The position numbers were made by a program, and so were the translations under genes. Below, piece after piece: positions 52,634-63,947 of a stretch of 64,000 nt of DNA (the first letter of the stretch is position 1; every line of letters begins with the position of its first letter). The stretch covers positions 5,022,001-5,086,000 of the forward strand of contig OZ024759.1 of assembly GCA_964016885.1 (NCBI GenBank), written 5' to 3'. The notes beneath the pieces are model-generated. The model was given only the letters and a program-made list of their open reading frames with translations, did no database searches and was not told the origin of the DNA. Origin of the DNA: Eledone cirrhosa. Taxonomy: Eukaryota.

Positions 52634-52743
52634 TAAACAACATAAGACAATTATTCCATTTACCAAAGGTTTTATGAAGACTGACGAGCTCGTCTGTCTT
52701 CGTGAAACCTTTGGTAAATGGAATAATTGTCTTATGTTGTTTA
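52634..52743. repeat. Spacer-free palindrome, 110 bp
   Basis: Centre gacgag|ctcgtc at 52688/52689; the arms differ at about 3 positions. Confidence 0.9.
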
Positions 52744-52814
52744 TTACATAACTAAATAGCTCTGTAGCTTACATAGTGCACTCTCCTTTCCTTCGGAAAC
52801 ACTTAATATATATA

Positions 52815-53152
52815 TATGCAGAAGACCTGACTTCCCTAGGGTACAAGCCGAAGCTGAAGCATATGGAAAATATGCCCCCACCCCCTCCTCCCACTGCAAA
52901 GTGGTCGTGGAGGTGTCATGACAAAAAAGCACCCAGCCCACACTGTAAAGTGGACATGTAGGCGCCACGGTAAAAAAGCACCTAGCACTCACTGTAAATG
53001 AGGTTGGTGTTAGGAAGGGCATCCAGCTGTAGAAATCAAGCCAGCATCAGTTCCCATATGAGCAAGACAAGGTCACTCGACCTGGCATTGCCTACAACAG
53101 GACAACCGGTCTAACCCATGGAAGAATGGACGTAAAAGGGTGATGGTGATGA
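52815..53152 (+). mobile_element. RTE LINE family A 3' end
   Basis: Matches 44365-44700. Confidence 0.8.
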
Positions 53153-53315
53153 TATATATTTTTTTCACTAATGTCACACAAAATTGTATGTTTTTTGTAG
53201 CTTTATGGTTTAACGGTTTCCTTTTTAAAAATTGTTTTTTTGTTTTGTTTTGTTTTCGTTCGCTGTCTTCTCTTTTCTTTGTTGATTTTCTTAAATATAT
53301 ATATATATAAATATA

Positions 53316-53354
<39 letters not shown>

Positions 53355-54079
53355 TTTTTTTTTTCTGATTCCACCCTGCCTGTCCCTTCAATCTTTCTAA
53401 TTTCTCATTCTTTCTTCTGATGAAGGACTAGCGTCCAAAACCTTAAAACCCTCTTGTTGCTATTTCAAGTGTTAACCTAATATTTTCTTTCCATATACTG
53501 TACCGATTGTGTTGTTATCTCTGTTTACACACAATCATCATCATCATCATCATCATTTTACGTCCGCCTTTCCCTGCTTGCAAGGGTTGGACGGGTTCTA
53601 TTCAGCGCAGCATCTCTCCACTTGTCACGGTCCTTCGTCATCTCCTCAGATTACATTTATTGTATTCAGCCATGTAGAGTGGAAATTTTATTTTATTTGA
53701 ATGTGGCAAAGCCGGTCATTTATTGCTCGTATACAGGAAACTGACTGGCCAGTCTGCTGATATACAAATCTGGCTGATCAGTGGATCTGCTAATATGCAG
53801 ATCTGACTGATCAGCCAGTCTGCTAATATGGAAATCAGGCCGATCAGCCACTGTATATTTTAGAAAATAGTATATATTTTCACTAGCTCTGACAGTTGGC
53901 AGGTGAAGAGTGAGCTGTACTGATGAAGGCTGATACCCAGAAAAATTAGTGTCTGCAATTCTGTTTACATGCCAACACAAGAGCAAGAATGATGGGTTCA
54001 TTCTATTGACATGGCTTTAAAATTGAGGCTTGTTTGCATAATTGCAGACGAATCGAATGCTATTATTAATATTCGAAAA

Positions 54080-54265
54080 GGGCGGTAGATTGGCAGTATC
54101 GGTAGAGGGTCGGACCATGCTTTGACGCATAAAGTTACGGCCCTTGCTATTCTGAGTTCAAATCCCGCTGAGGTTAACTTTGCCTTTCATCCTTATGGGG
54201 TCGATAAAATAAAGTACCAGTAATACACTGGGTAATTGCTGGCCTTGTGCCAAAAGTAGAAACAA
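54080..54265 (+). mobile_element. SINE family 2, full length with TSD
   Basis: A box tggcagtatcgg, B box gttcaaatccc; attattaatattcgaaaa on both sides. Confidence 0.82.
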
Positions 54266-54435
54266 TTATTAATATTCGAAAAACTCAGATTACATATATA
54301 TATAGAGATATATATATATGGCTTAAAAGAGAAGATGAATGGTGTGTCTGACACATTGAGGTTGATGGAGACACCTTGCTGAGAGTCATAACACCAGACA
54401 CTTCAAATTTCATGCTGTTCTGATGCATTGAGATG

Positions 54436-54665
54436 GAACAGCTGCTACCTTTATAACCAGCACCACACCCTCCATTGGAACACACACCTGTCTGACAGTT
54501 GCTACTTCCACAACCAGCACCACATCTTCCGCTGGAACACATACCTGTCTGACAGTTGATACCTTTATAATCAGCACCACACATTCTACTATAACACACA
54601 CCTGTCTCTGTGTTACACCTGTCTCTGTGTTACATCTGTCTCTGTGTTACACCTACTGTCATCTT
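54436..54665 (-). pseudogene. Decayed EGF exon with internal tandem duplications
   Basis: Three copies of about 57 bp of the exon 3' half (GMCSSGRCGAGCGSSNCQT etc.) plus 17-bp repeats; no intact splice sites seen. Confidence 0.7.
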
Positions 54666-54711
54666 GTTTCAATATATTAAGTTACAAACAAAGCTATACT
54701 ACACCACTTAC

Positions 54712-54849
54712 CTGTCTGACAGTTGCTACCTTCATAACCAGCAGCACATCCGCCACTAAAATACACACCTGTCTGTTTGTTACACCTGTTGTTGTCAGTA
54801 CAGTGACAGATGCTTTCGCAGTTGGGTCCAAATTTACCAATATCACAAA
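54712..54849 (-). CDS. EGF-module exon
   Basis: tgtttag|..CDIGKFGPNCESICHCTDNNRCNKQTGVYFSGGCAAGYEGSNCQT|gtaag; 138 bp; one Cys replaced by Tyr. Confidence 0.8.
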
Positions 54850-54920
54850 CTAAACATACAAAAAAAATAGATAAACAAATTCTGAAGAAGTCACGGCTGT
54901 TCCACATTTCTAGTCACTGT

Positions 54921-55862
54921 ACTATTGTAACTAGTACTCTACTAACTACCACTATACTAACTATTGTAACTAGTACTCTACTAACTACTACTACATCATT
55001 CACTATACTAACTATTGTAACTAGTACTCTACTAACTACCACTATACCATTCACTATACTAACTATTGTAACTAGTACTCTATTAACTACCACTACATCA
55101 TTCACTATACTAACTATTGTAACTAGTACTCTACTAACTACCACTATACCATTCACTATACTAACTATTGTAACTAGTACTCTACTAACTACCACTACAT
55201 CATTCACTATACTAACTATTGTAACTAGTACTCTACTAACTACCACTATACCATTCACTATACTAACTATTGTAACTAGTACTCTACTAACTACCACTAC
55301 ATCATTCACTATACTAACTATTGTAACTAGTACTCTACTAACTACCACTATACCATTCACTATACTAACTATTGTAACTAGTACTCTACTAACTACCACT
55401 ATACCATTCACTATACTAACTATTGTAACTAGTACTCTACTAACTACCACTACATCATTCACTATACTAACTATTGTAACTAGTACTCTACTAACTACCA
55501 CTACATCATTCACTATACTAACTATTGTAACTAGTACTCTACTAATTACCACTATACCAATCACTATACTAACTATTGTAACTAGTACTCTACTAACTAC
55601 CACTACATCATTCACTATACTAACTATTGTAACTAGTACTCTACTAACTACCACTATACCATTCACTATACTAACTACCACTACATCATTCACTATACTA
55701 ACTATTGTAACTAGTACTCTACTAACTACTACTACATCATTCATTATACTAACTATTGTAACTAGTACTCTACTAACTACTACTAAATCATTCACTATAC
55801 TAACTATTGTAACTAGTACGCTACTAACTACCACTATACCATTCACTATACTATTATAACTA
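54921..55862. repeat. Minisatellite, 51-bp unit x about 18, two alternating variants
   Basis: actattgtaactagtactctactaactaccacta(tac/cat)cattcactatacta. Confidence 0.9.
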
Positions 55863-55869
55863 CCACTCT

Positions 55870-58800
55870 GTAGTAGTAGTAGTGGCACTCCATCGGTTAC
55901 GATGAGTGTTCCAACTGATACAATCAACAGTACAGCCTGCTCGTGAAATTTACATGCAAGTGGCTGAGTATTCCACAAACACGCGTACCCATAATATAGT
56001 TCTCAGGGAGATTCAGCAAGACACAATATGTGACAAGGCTAGCATTTCGAATTACAGGTACAGTTCATTTTTGCCAGCTGAGTGGACTGGAGCAACATGA
56101 AATAAAGTGTCTTGCTCAAGGACACAGTGGACTGGAGCAACATGAAATAAAGTGTCTTGCTCAAGGACACAGTGGACTGGAGCAACATGAAATAAAGTGT
56201 CTTGCTCAAGGACACAGTGGACTGGAGCAACATGAAATAAAGTGTCTTGCTCAAGGACACAGTGGACTGGAGCAACATGAAATAAAGTGTCTTGCTCAAG
56301 GACACAGTGGACTGGAGCAACATGAAATAAGGTGTCTTGCTCAAGGACACAGTGGACTGGAGCAACATGAAATAAGGTGTCTTGCTCAAGGACACAGTGG
56401 ACTGGAGCAACATGAAATAAAGTGTCTTGCTCAAGGACACAGTGGACTGGAGCAACATGAAATAAGGTGTCTTGCTCAAGGACACAGTGGACTGGAGCAA
56501 CATGAAATAAAGTGTCTTGCTCAAGGACACAGTGGACTGGAGCAACATGAAATAAAGTGTCTTGCTCAAGGACACAGTGGACTGGAGCAACATGAAATAA
56601 AGTGTCTTGCTCAAGGACACAGTGGACTGGAGCAACATGAAATAAAGTGTCTTGCTCAAGGACACAGTGGACTGGAGCAACATGAAATAAGGTGTCTTGC
56701 TCAAGGACACAGTGGACTGGAGCAACATGAAATAAGGTGTCTTGCTCAAGGACACAGTGGACTGGAGCAACATGAAATAAAGTGTCTTGCTCAAGGACAC
56801 AGTGGACTGGAGCAACATGAAATAAGGTGTCTTGCTCAAGGACACAGTGGACTGGAGCAACATGAAATAAAGTGTCTTGCTCAAGGACACAGTGGACTGG
56901 AGCAACATGAAATAAAGTGTCTTGCTCAAGGACACAGTGGACTGGAGCAACATGAAATAAGGTGTCTTGCTCAAGGACACAGTGGACTGGAGCAACATGA
57001 AATAAAGTGTCTTGCTCAAGGACACAGTGGACTGGAGCAACATGAAATAAAGTGTCTTGCTCAAGGACACAGTGGACTGGAGCAACATGAAATAAAGTGT
57101 CTTGCTCAAGGACACAGTGGACTGGAGCAACATGAAATAAAGTGTCTTGCTCAAGGACACAGTGGACTGGAGCAACATGAAATAAAGTGTCTTGCTCAAG
57201 GACACAGTGGACTGGAGCAACATGAAATAAAGTGTCTTGCTCAAGGACACAGTGGACTGGAGCAACATGAAATAAAGTGTCTTGCTCAAGGACACAGTGG
57301 ACTGGAGCAACATGAAATAAGGTGTCTTGCTCAAGGACACAGTGGACTGGAGCAACATGAAATAAAGTGTCTTGCTCAAGGACACAGTGGACTGGAGCAA
57401 CATGAAATAAGGTGTCTTGCTCAAGGACACAGTGGACTGGAGCAACATGAAATAAAGTGTCTTGCTCAAGGACACAGTGGACTAGAGCAACATGAAATAA
57501 AGTGTCTTGCTCAAGGACACAGTGGACTGGAGCAACATGAAATAAAGTGTCTTGCTCAAGGACACAGTGGACTGGAGCAACATGAAATAAAGTGTCTTGC
57601 TCAAGGACACAGTGGACTGGAGCAACATGAAATAAAGTGTCTTGCTCAAGGACACAGTGGACTAGAGCAACATGAAATAAAGTGTCTTGCTCAAGGACAC
57701 AGTGGACTGGAGCAACATGAAATAAAGTGTCTTGCTCAAGGACACAGTGGACTGGAGCAACATGAAATAAAGTGTCTTGCTCAAGGACACAGTGGACTGG
57801 AGCAACATGAAATAAAGTGTCTTGCTCAAGGACACAGTGGACTGGAGCAACATGAAATAAAGTGTCTTGCTCAAGGACACAGTGGACTGGAGCAACATGA
57901 AATAAAGTGTCTTGCTCAAGGACACAGTGGACTGGAGCAACGTGAAATAAAGTGTCTTGCTCAAGGACACAGTGGACTGGAGCAACATGAAATAAGGTGT
58001 CTTGCTCAAGGACACAGTGGACTGGAGCAACATGAAATAAAGTGTCTTGCTCAAGGACACAGTGGACTGGAGCAACATGAAATAAAGTGTCTTGCTCAAG
58101 GACACAGTGGACTGGAGCAACATGAAATAAAGTGTCTTGCTCAAGGACACAGTGGACTGGAGCAACATGAAATAAGGTGTCTTGCTCAAGGACACAGTGG
58201 ACTGGAGCAACATGAAATAAGGTGTCTTGCTCAAGGACACAGTGGACTGGAGCAACATGAAATAAAGTGTCTTGCTCAAGGACACAGTGGACTGGAGCAA
58301 CATGAAATAAGGTGTCTTGCTCAAGGACACAGTGGACTGGAGCAACATGAAATAAAGTGTCTTGCTCAAGGACACAGTGGACTGGAGCAACATGAAATAA
58401 AGTGTCTTGCTCAAGGACACAGTGGACTGGAGCAACATGAAATAAGGTGTCTTGCTCAAGGACACAGTGGACTGGAGCAACATGAAATAAAGTGTCTTGC
58501 TCAAGGACACAGTGGACTGGAGCAACATGAAATAAAGTGTCTTGCTCAAGGACACAGTGGACTGGAGCAACATGAAATAAAGTGTCTTGCTCAAGGACAC
58601 AGTGGACTGGAGCAACATGAAATAAAGTGTCTTGCTCAAGGACACAGTGGACTGGAGCAACATGAAATAAAGTGTCTTGCTCAAGGACACAGTGGACTGG
58701 AGCAACATGAAATAAAGTGTCTTGCTCAAGGACACAGTGGACTGGAGCAACATGAAATAAAGTGTCTTGCTCAAGGACACAGTGGACTGGAGCAACATGA

Positions 58801-59488
58801 AATAAGGTGTCTTGCTCAAGGACACAGTGGACTGGAGCAACATGAAATAAAGTGTCTTGCTCAAGGACACAGTGGACTGGAGCAACATGAAATAAGGTGT
58901 CTTGCTCAAGGACACAGTGGACTGGAGCAACATGAAATAAAGTGTCTTGCTCAAGGACACAGTGGACTAGAGCAACATGAAATAAAGTGTCTTGCTCAAG
59001 GACACAGTGGACTGGAGCAACATGAAATAAAGTGTCTTGCTCAAGGACACAGTGGACTGGAGCAACATGAAATAAAGTGTCTTGCTCAAGGACACAGTGG
59101 ACTGGAGCAACATGAAATAAAGTGTCTTGCTCAAGGACACAGTGGACTAGAGCAACATGAAATAAAGTGTCTTGCTCAAGGACACAGTGGACTGGAGCAA
59201 CATGAAATAAAGTGTCTTGCTCAAGGACACAGTGGACTGGAGCAACATGAAATAAAGTGTCTTGCTCAAGGACACAGTGGACTGGAGCAACATGAAATAA
59301 AGTGTCTTGCTCAAGGACACAGTGGACTGGAGCAACATGAAATAAAGTGTCTTGCTCAAGGACACAGTGGACTGGAGCAACATGAAATAAAGTGTCTTGC
59401 TCAAGGACACAATGTACTGCTGGGAATTGAACTCGTGACCTTACAATCTTAAGCCGAATACCCTAACTACGAAGCCACGTGCTTCACT
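55870..59488 (-). mobile_element. SINE family 1 copy containing an internal 45-bp array
   Basis: tRNA head at 59411-59485 (gtggcttcgtagttagg...gagttcaattccc), body resumes below 56081, (gta)n tail at 55870. Confidence 0.88.
56081..59410. repeat. Tandem array, 45-bp unit x 74, from the SINE CORE-like segment
   Basis: agtggactggagcaacatgaaataa(a/g)gtgtcttgctcaaggacac; 3330 bp = 74 x 45. Confidence 0.97.
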
Positions 59489-59574
59489 CCACTCTACCGC
59501 TCTACTAACTACCACTACACCATTCATTATACTAACTATTATAACTACCACTCTACTAGTAATATTTATGAGTA

Positions 59575-59912
59575 ATATTAACTAATTATATTAACTAATT
59601 ATATTGACTAATTATATTGACTAATTATATTAACTAATTATATAGACTAATTATATTAACTAATTATATTGACTAATTATATTGACTAATTATATAGACT
59701 AATTATATTAACTAATTATATTGACTAATTATATTGACTAATTATATTGACTAATTATATTGACTAATAATATTGACTAATTATATTGACTAATTATATT
59801 GACTAATAATATTGACTAATTATATTGACTAATAATATTGACTAATAATATTGACTAATAATATTGACTAATTATATTGACTAATAATATTGACTAATTA
59901 TATGAACTAATA
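59575..59912. repeat. Minisatellite, 13-bp unit
   Basis: Repeated ctaattatattga. Confidence 0.9.
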
Positions 59913-60093
59913 ATTGTTTCTACGTAAGGCACAAGGCCAGCAATTACACAGTACATTACTGGTACTTTATTTTATCGACCCCGTAAGGATGAAAGGCAAA
60001 GTCAACCTCGGCGGGATTTGAACTCAGATCGTAAAGGGACGTAACTGGGTTCAAATCCTACTGAAGTTATAGCTCTGGCTTTCATCCTAACAA

Positions 60094-60306
60094 GGTTGAT
60101 AAAGTAAAGTACCAGTAACGTACTGGGGTTGATAAAGTAAAGTACCAGTAACGTACTGGGGTTGATAAAGTAAAGTACCAGTAATGTACTGGGGTTGATA
60201 AAGTAAAGTACCAGTAACGTACTGGGGTTGATAAAGTAAAGTACCAGTAATGTACTGGGGTTGATAAAGTACCAGTAACGTACTGGGGTTGATAAAATAA
60301 AGTACC
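60094..60306. repeat. 33-bp tandem repeat x about 6 inside a SINE family 2 copy
   Basis: ggggttgataaagtaaagtaccagtaacgtact corresponds to SINE ggggtcgataaaataaagtaccagtaatgcact. Confidence 0.85.
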
Positions 60307-60349
60307 TGGACTGGTGAGAGATAAAAGCTGAGATATGAAAATAACTAAC

Positions 60350-60487
60350 CTTTCTGACAACTGTTTCCTTCATAACCTGGAGCACATCTACCCCTTGAAC
60401 AGATCCCTAATTCCACATTACACCTGTTGTTATCTTCACAATGACACACCTGATCACAGTTGGCACCAAGTCTTCCACTACTGCACA
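60350..60487 (-). CDS. EGF-module exon
   Basis: gttacag|..CSSGRLGANCDQVCHCEDNNRCNVELGICSRGRCAPGYEGNSCQK|gttag; 138 bp. Confidence 0.88.
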
Positions 60488-60819
60488 CTGTAACAGGAAA
60501 ACATTGGTGTAGATCAGGGATTGGCAACTTCTTTGCCTCCACGGGCCGGACGAACGCCATAAAAGAATAATTATGGAAAATTACACAAGCTAAAATTTAA
60601 TCTCGAGTGTTGACTATACTATTCATTTCTCAAATCTTGAATTATATTCACAAATACCTCTGAATCCTGTGATTTCCCTCCTTGAAATGATGGAAAATGC
60701 ACAATTTTTATTTCAAAGTTGATGTTCCCACAACTGTAGCTTTTTTTCAAAGACAACAATATGGTTATACATTTCATTTACGAGCTGAGTTTTACCTTGA
60801 AGTTGTAAATTTAAGTTAT

Positions 60820-61048
60820 TTAACCCTTTAGCACTTACATTATTCTATATTTACTATTGTAGTTTCACAGTAAACACTTTATCTTATATAGTTATCTCAC
60901 ATAATATTGAATCTATGAGATTTTGATATTATTTATTTTGAGAAGAATACCTTAACGTCAGTATGAGTGGCTAGTTACAGCCGGTTTGAACAGAAAAAAG
61001 TGAGAGATTTCTGGCCGGATATGGCCGGTTTAAATGCTAAAGGGTTAA
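60820..61048. mobile_element. piggyBac-like MITE
   Basis: TTAA-CCCTTTAGCA...TGCTAAAGGG-TTAA. Confidence 0.78.
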
Positions 61049-61359
61049 ACGAGTCACAATATCCTCAATAAATACCAAAGTTGTAACAGCAGGCCTTTTA
61101 TTGTATTCGAAAGGCTCGTCTCTCATGTTACAATAAATTTAAATTTTAAATAAACAACTCATTGGGCATAAGTTCTTGCAGGCTGGTCGAAATCCTTTCC
61201 TGAGCTGGACCGGCCTGTGCGCCATAAGTAGCCAACCCCTGCTGTAGGGTAATGTCTTGTGATGGTAATGGTGGTACTGGTGGTAGTAGTGGGAATATTG
61301 CACCGGACAATTCTCGTTTCATTTTCTTCCAATTTTCTCTGTTGCTCCATGTTCATCAC

Positions 61360-62965
61360 TCATGTCTCACTCCTATAAATCATGTCACTTCTAACACATG
61401 TAGCAAACATCTTTCCCTTCCATGTCTCACTCCTATAAATCATATCACTTCTAACACATGTAGCAAACATCTTTCCCTTCCATGTCTCACTCCTATAAAT
61501 CATGTCACTTCTAACACATGTAGCAAACATCTTTCCCTTCCATGTCTCACTCCTATAAATCATATCACTTCTAACACATGTAGCAAACATCTTTCCCTTC
61601 CATGTCTCACTCCTATAAATCATATTACTTTTAACACATGTAGCAAACATCTTTCCCTTCCATGTCTCACTCCTATAAATCATGTCACTTCTAACACATG
61701 TAGCAAACATCTTTCCCTTCCATGTCTCACTCCTATAAATCATATCACTTCTAACACATGTAGCAAACATCTTTCCCTTCCATGTCTCACTCCTATAAAT
61801 CATGTCACTTCTAACACATGTAGCAAACATCTTTCCCTTCCATGTCTCACTCCTATAAATCATGTCACTTCTAACACATGTAGCAAACATCTTTCCCTTC
61901 CATGTCTCACTCCTATAAATCATATCACTTCTAACACATGTAGCAAACATCTTTCCCTTCCATGTCTCACTCCTATAAATCATGTCACTTCTAACATATG
62001 TAGCAAACATCTTTCCCTTCCATGTCTCACTCCTATAAATCATGTCACTTCTAACACATGTAGCAAACATCTTTCCCTTCATGTCTCACTCCTATAAATC
62101 ATGTCACTTCTAACATATGTAGCAAACATCTTTCCCTTCCATGTCTCACTCCTATAAATCATGTCACTTCTAACACATGTAGCAAACATCTTTCCCTTCC
62201 ATGTCTCACTCCTATAAATCATGTCACTTCTAACACATGTAGCAAACATATTTCCCTTCCATGCCTCACTCCTATAAATTATGTCACTTCTAACACATGT
62301 AGCAAACATCTTTCCCTTCCATGTCTCACTCCTATAAATCATGTCACTTCTAACACATGTAGCAAACATCTTTCCCTTCCATGTCTCACTCCTATAAATC
62401 ATGTCACTTCTAACATATGTAGCAAACATCTTTCCCTTCCATGCCTCACTCCTATAAATCATGTCACTTCTAACACATGTAGCAAACATCTTTCCCTTCC
62501 ATGTCTCACTCCTATAAATCATGTCACTTCTAACACATGTAGCAAACATCTTTCCCTTCCATGTCTCACTCCTATAAATCATGTCACTTCTAACACATGT
62601 AGCAAACATCTTTCCCTTCCATGTCTCACTCCTATAAATCATGTCACTTCTAACATATGTAGCAAACATCTTTCCCTTCCATGCCTCACTCCTATAAATC
62701 ATGTCACTTCTAACACATGTAGCAAACATCTTTCCCTTCCATGTCTCACTCCTATAAATCATGTCACTTCTAACACATGTAGCAAACATCTTTCCCTTCC
62801 ATGTCTCACTCCTATAAATCATGTCACTTCTAACACATGAAGCAAACATCTTTCCCTTCCATGTCTCACTCCTATAAATCATGTCACTTCTAACACATGT
62901 AGCAAACATCTTTCCCTTCCATGTCTCACTCCTATAAATTATGTCTCTTTTTAAGCATGTATCAT
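61360..62965. repeat. Tandem array, 60-bp unit x about 27, derived from an RTE ORF segment (minus strand)
   Basis: The unit translates KGKMFATCVRSDMIYRSETW versus LINE KGRLYDACIRTAMLHGSETW; the LINE continues at 61300-61359 (MEQQRKLEENETRIVR). Confidence 0.92.
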
Positions 62966-63033
62966 ACATATCTCTCCTCCATGTGATGTCTCAATATATT
63001 ATTTTAGAAACAAAGCTACACTACACCACTTAC

Positions 63034-63171
63034 CTGTCTGACAGTTGCTACCTTCATAACCAGCAGCACATCCGCCACTAGAACACACACCTGTCTGTTT
63101 GTTACACCTGCTGTTATCTGCACAGTGACATGTATATTTACAGTTGGGTCCAAATTTACCTGTTTTACACC
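63034..63171 (-). CDS. EGF-module exon (absent from the ORF track)
   Basis: ttttcag|..CKTGKFGPNCKYTCHCADNSRCNKQTGVCSSGGCAAGYEGSNCQT|gtaag; 138 bp. Confidence 0.88.
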
Positions 63172-63344
63172 CTGAAAATAAAATATGAAAGTCTAAATAT
63201 ATTTATTAATTTACATTAATTTCTGATAGTTTCATATTTTACATGGCGGACATTATCAGAGTTTTTGATGAACAGTATGGTTTTCATCCTGGACGTAGCA
63301 GAGCTGCATGATTAAATAATTAGCTCGAAACCAGTATCACACTG

Positions 63345-63545
63345 ATGATGACATCATATCACCTGCTGATGATGTTTCTCATGGATAAGATGAAAGCTTT
63401 TTCACAAATGGGATCCTAGCACTGCAACACCAATGGAGAAAGGGTGTGGACCGCAGGGGGGACTATTTGCAAAAATAAACCTCATTTGGTCACATTGCAT
63501 GAGAGTAACTTGTTCAACCTAAGAACTATTCAGAAAAGCCTTGTA
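63345..63545 (+). mobile_element. mariner transposase 3' end and TIR remnant
   Basis: GI..L...WRK.VD..GDY-like C-terminus (gggatcctagcactg...tggagaaagggtgtggaccgcaggggggactat). Confidence 0.55.
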
Positions 63546-63558
63546 TTACACCACTTAC

Positions 63559-63695
63559 CTGTCTGACAGTTGCTACCTTCATAACCAGCAGCACATCCTC
63601 CACTGGAACACACACCTGTCTGTTTGTTACACCTGTTGTTGTCAGCACAGTGACAAATATTGCCATAGTTGGGCCAAATTTACCTGTTTTACACC
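63559..63695 (-). pseudogene. Frameshifted EGF exon duplicate (137 bp)
   Basis: Near-copy of 63034-63171 with a 1-bp deletion (GG-CCCAAC) and TGT>TAT; splice sites intact. Confidence 0.72.
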
Positions 63696-63947
63696 CTGAA
63701 AATAAAAATATGGAATGTTCTGCATGAGTAAGGGGTTAATGGACAGCTTCTTGCTCCTATAAATCATGTCACCTCTAACACATGTAGCATACATCTTGCC
63801 TTTCCATTCTCTTCAGCTTCTCCTGTAGCTCCATCTTCATCACTCAGTATGTAGCATATATCTTTCCCTTCCATGCGATGCAAACTTGTTACAAACATTT
63901 TCTTTCCATGCGATGTCCCAATATACTAAGTTACAAACAAAGCTTAC

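Noticed and set aside
52681-52715. CTGACGA...GAAA hammerhead-like core in the 110-bp palindrome
   Set aside because: No convincing stem II or stem I; the sequence is fully explained by the palindrome
54810-55978. Thr-rich mucin-like 349-aa ORF and Val-rich antisense ORF
   Set aside because: Translations of an intronic 51-bp minisatellite, with no splice signals linking them to the gene
56030-59452. 1140-aa ORF (SGLEQHEIKCLAQGH)n and its antisense ORFs
   Set aside because: By-product of a stop-free 45-bp unit taken from a SINE; there is no evidence of a protein-coding gene
61252-62969. ORFs of 240-296 aa on both strands
   Set aside because: Translations of the LINE-derived 60-bp array
63290-63340. 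gagct...agctc-gaaac stem resembling a hammerhead half
   Set aside because: No CUGANGA box at the required position
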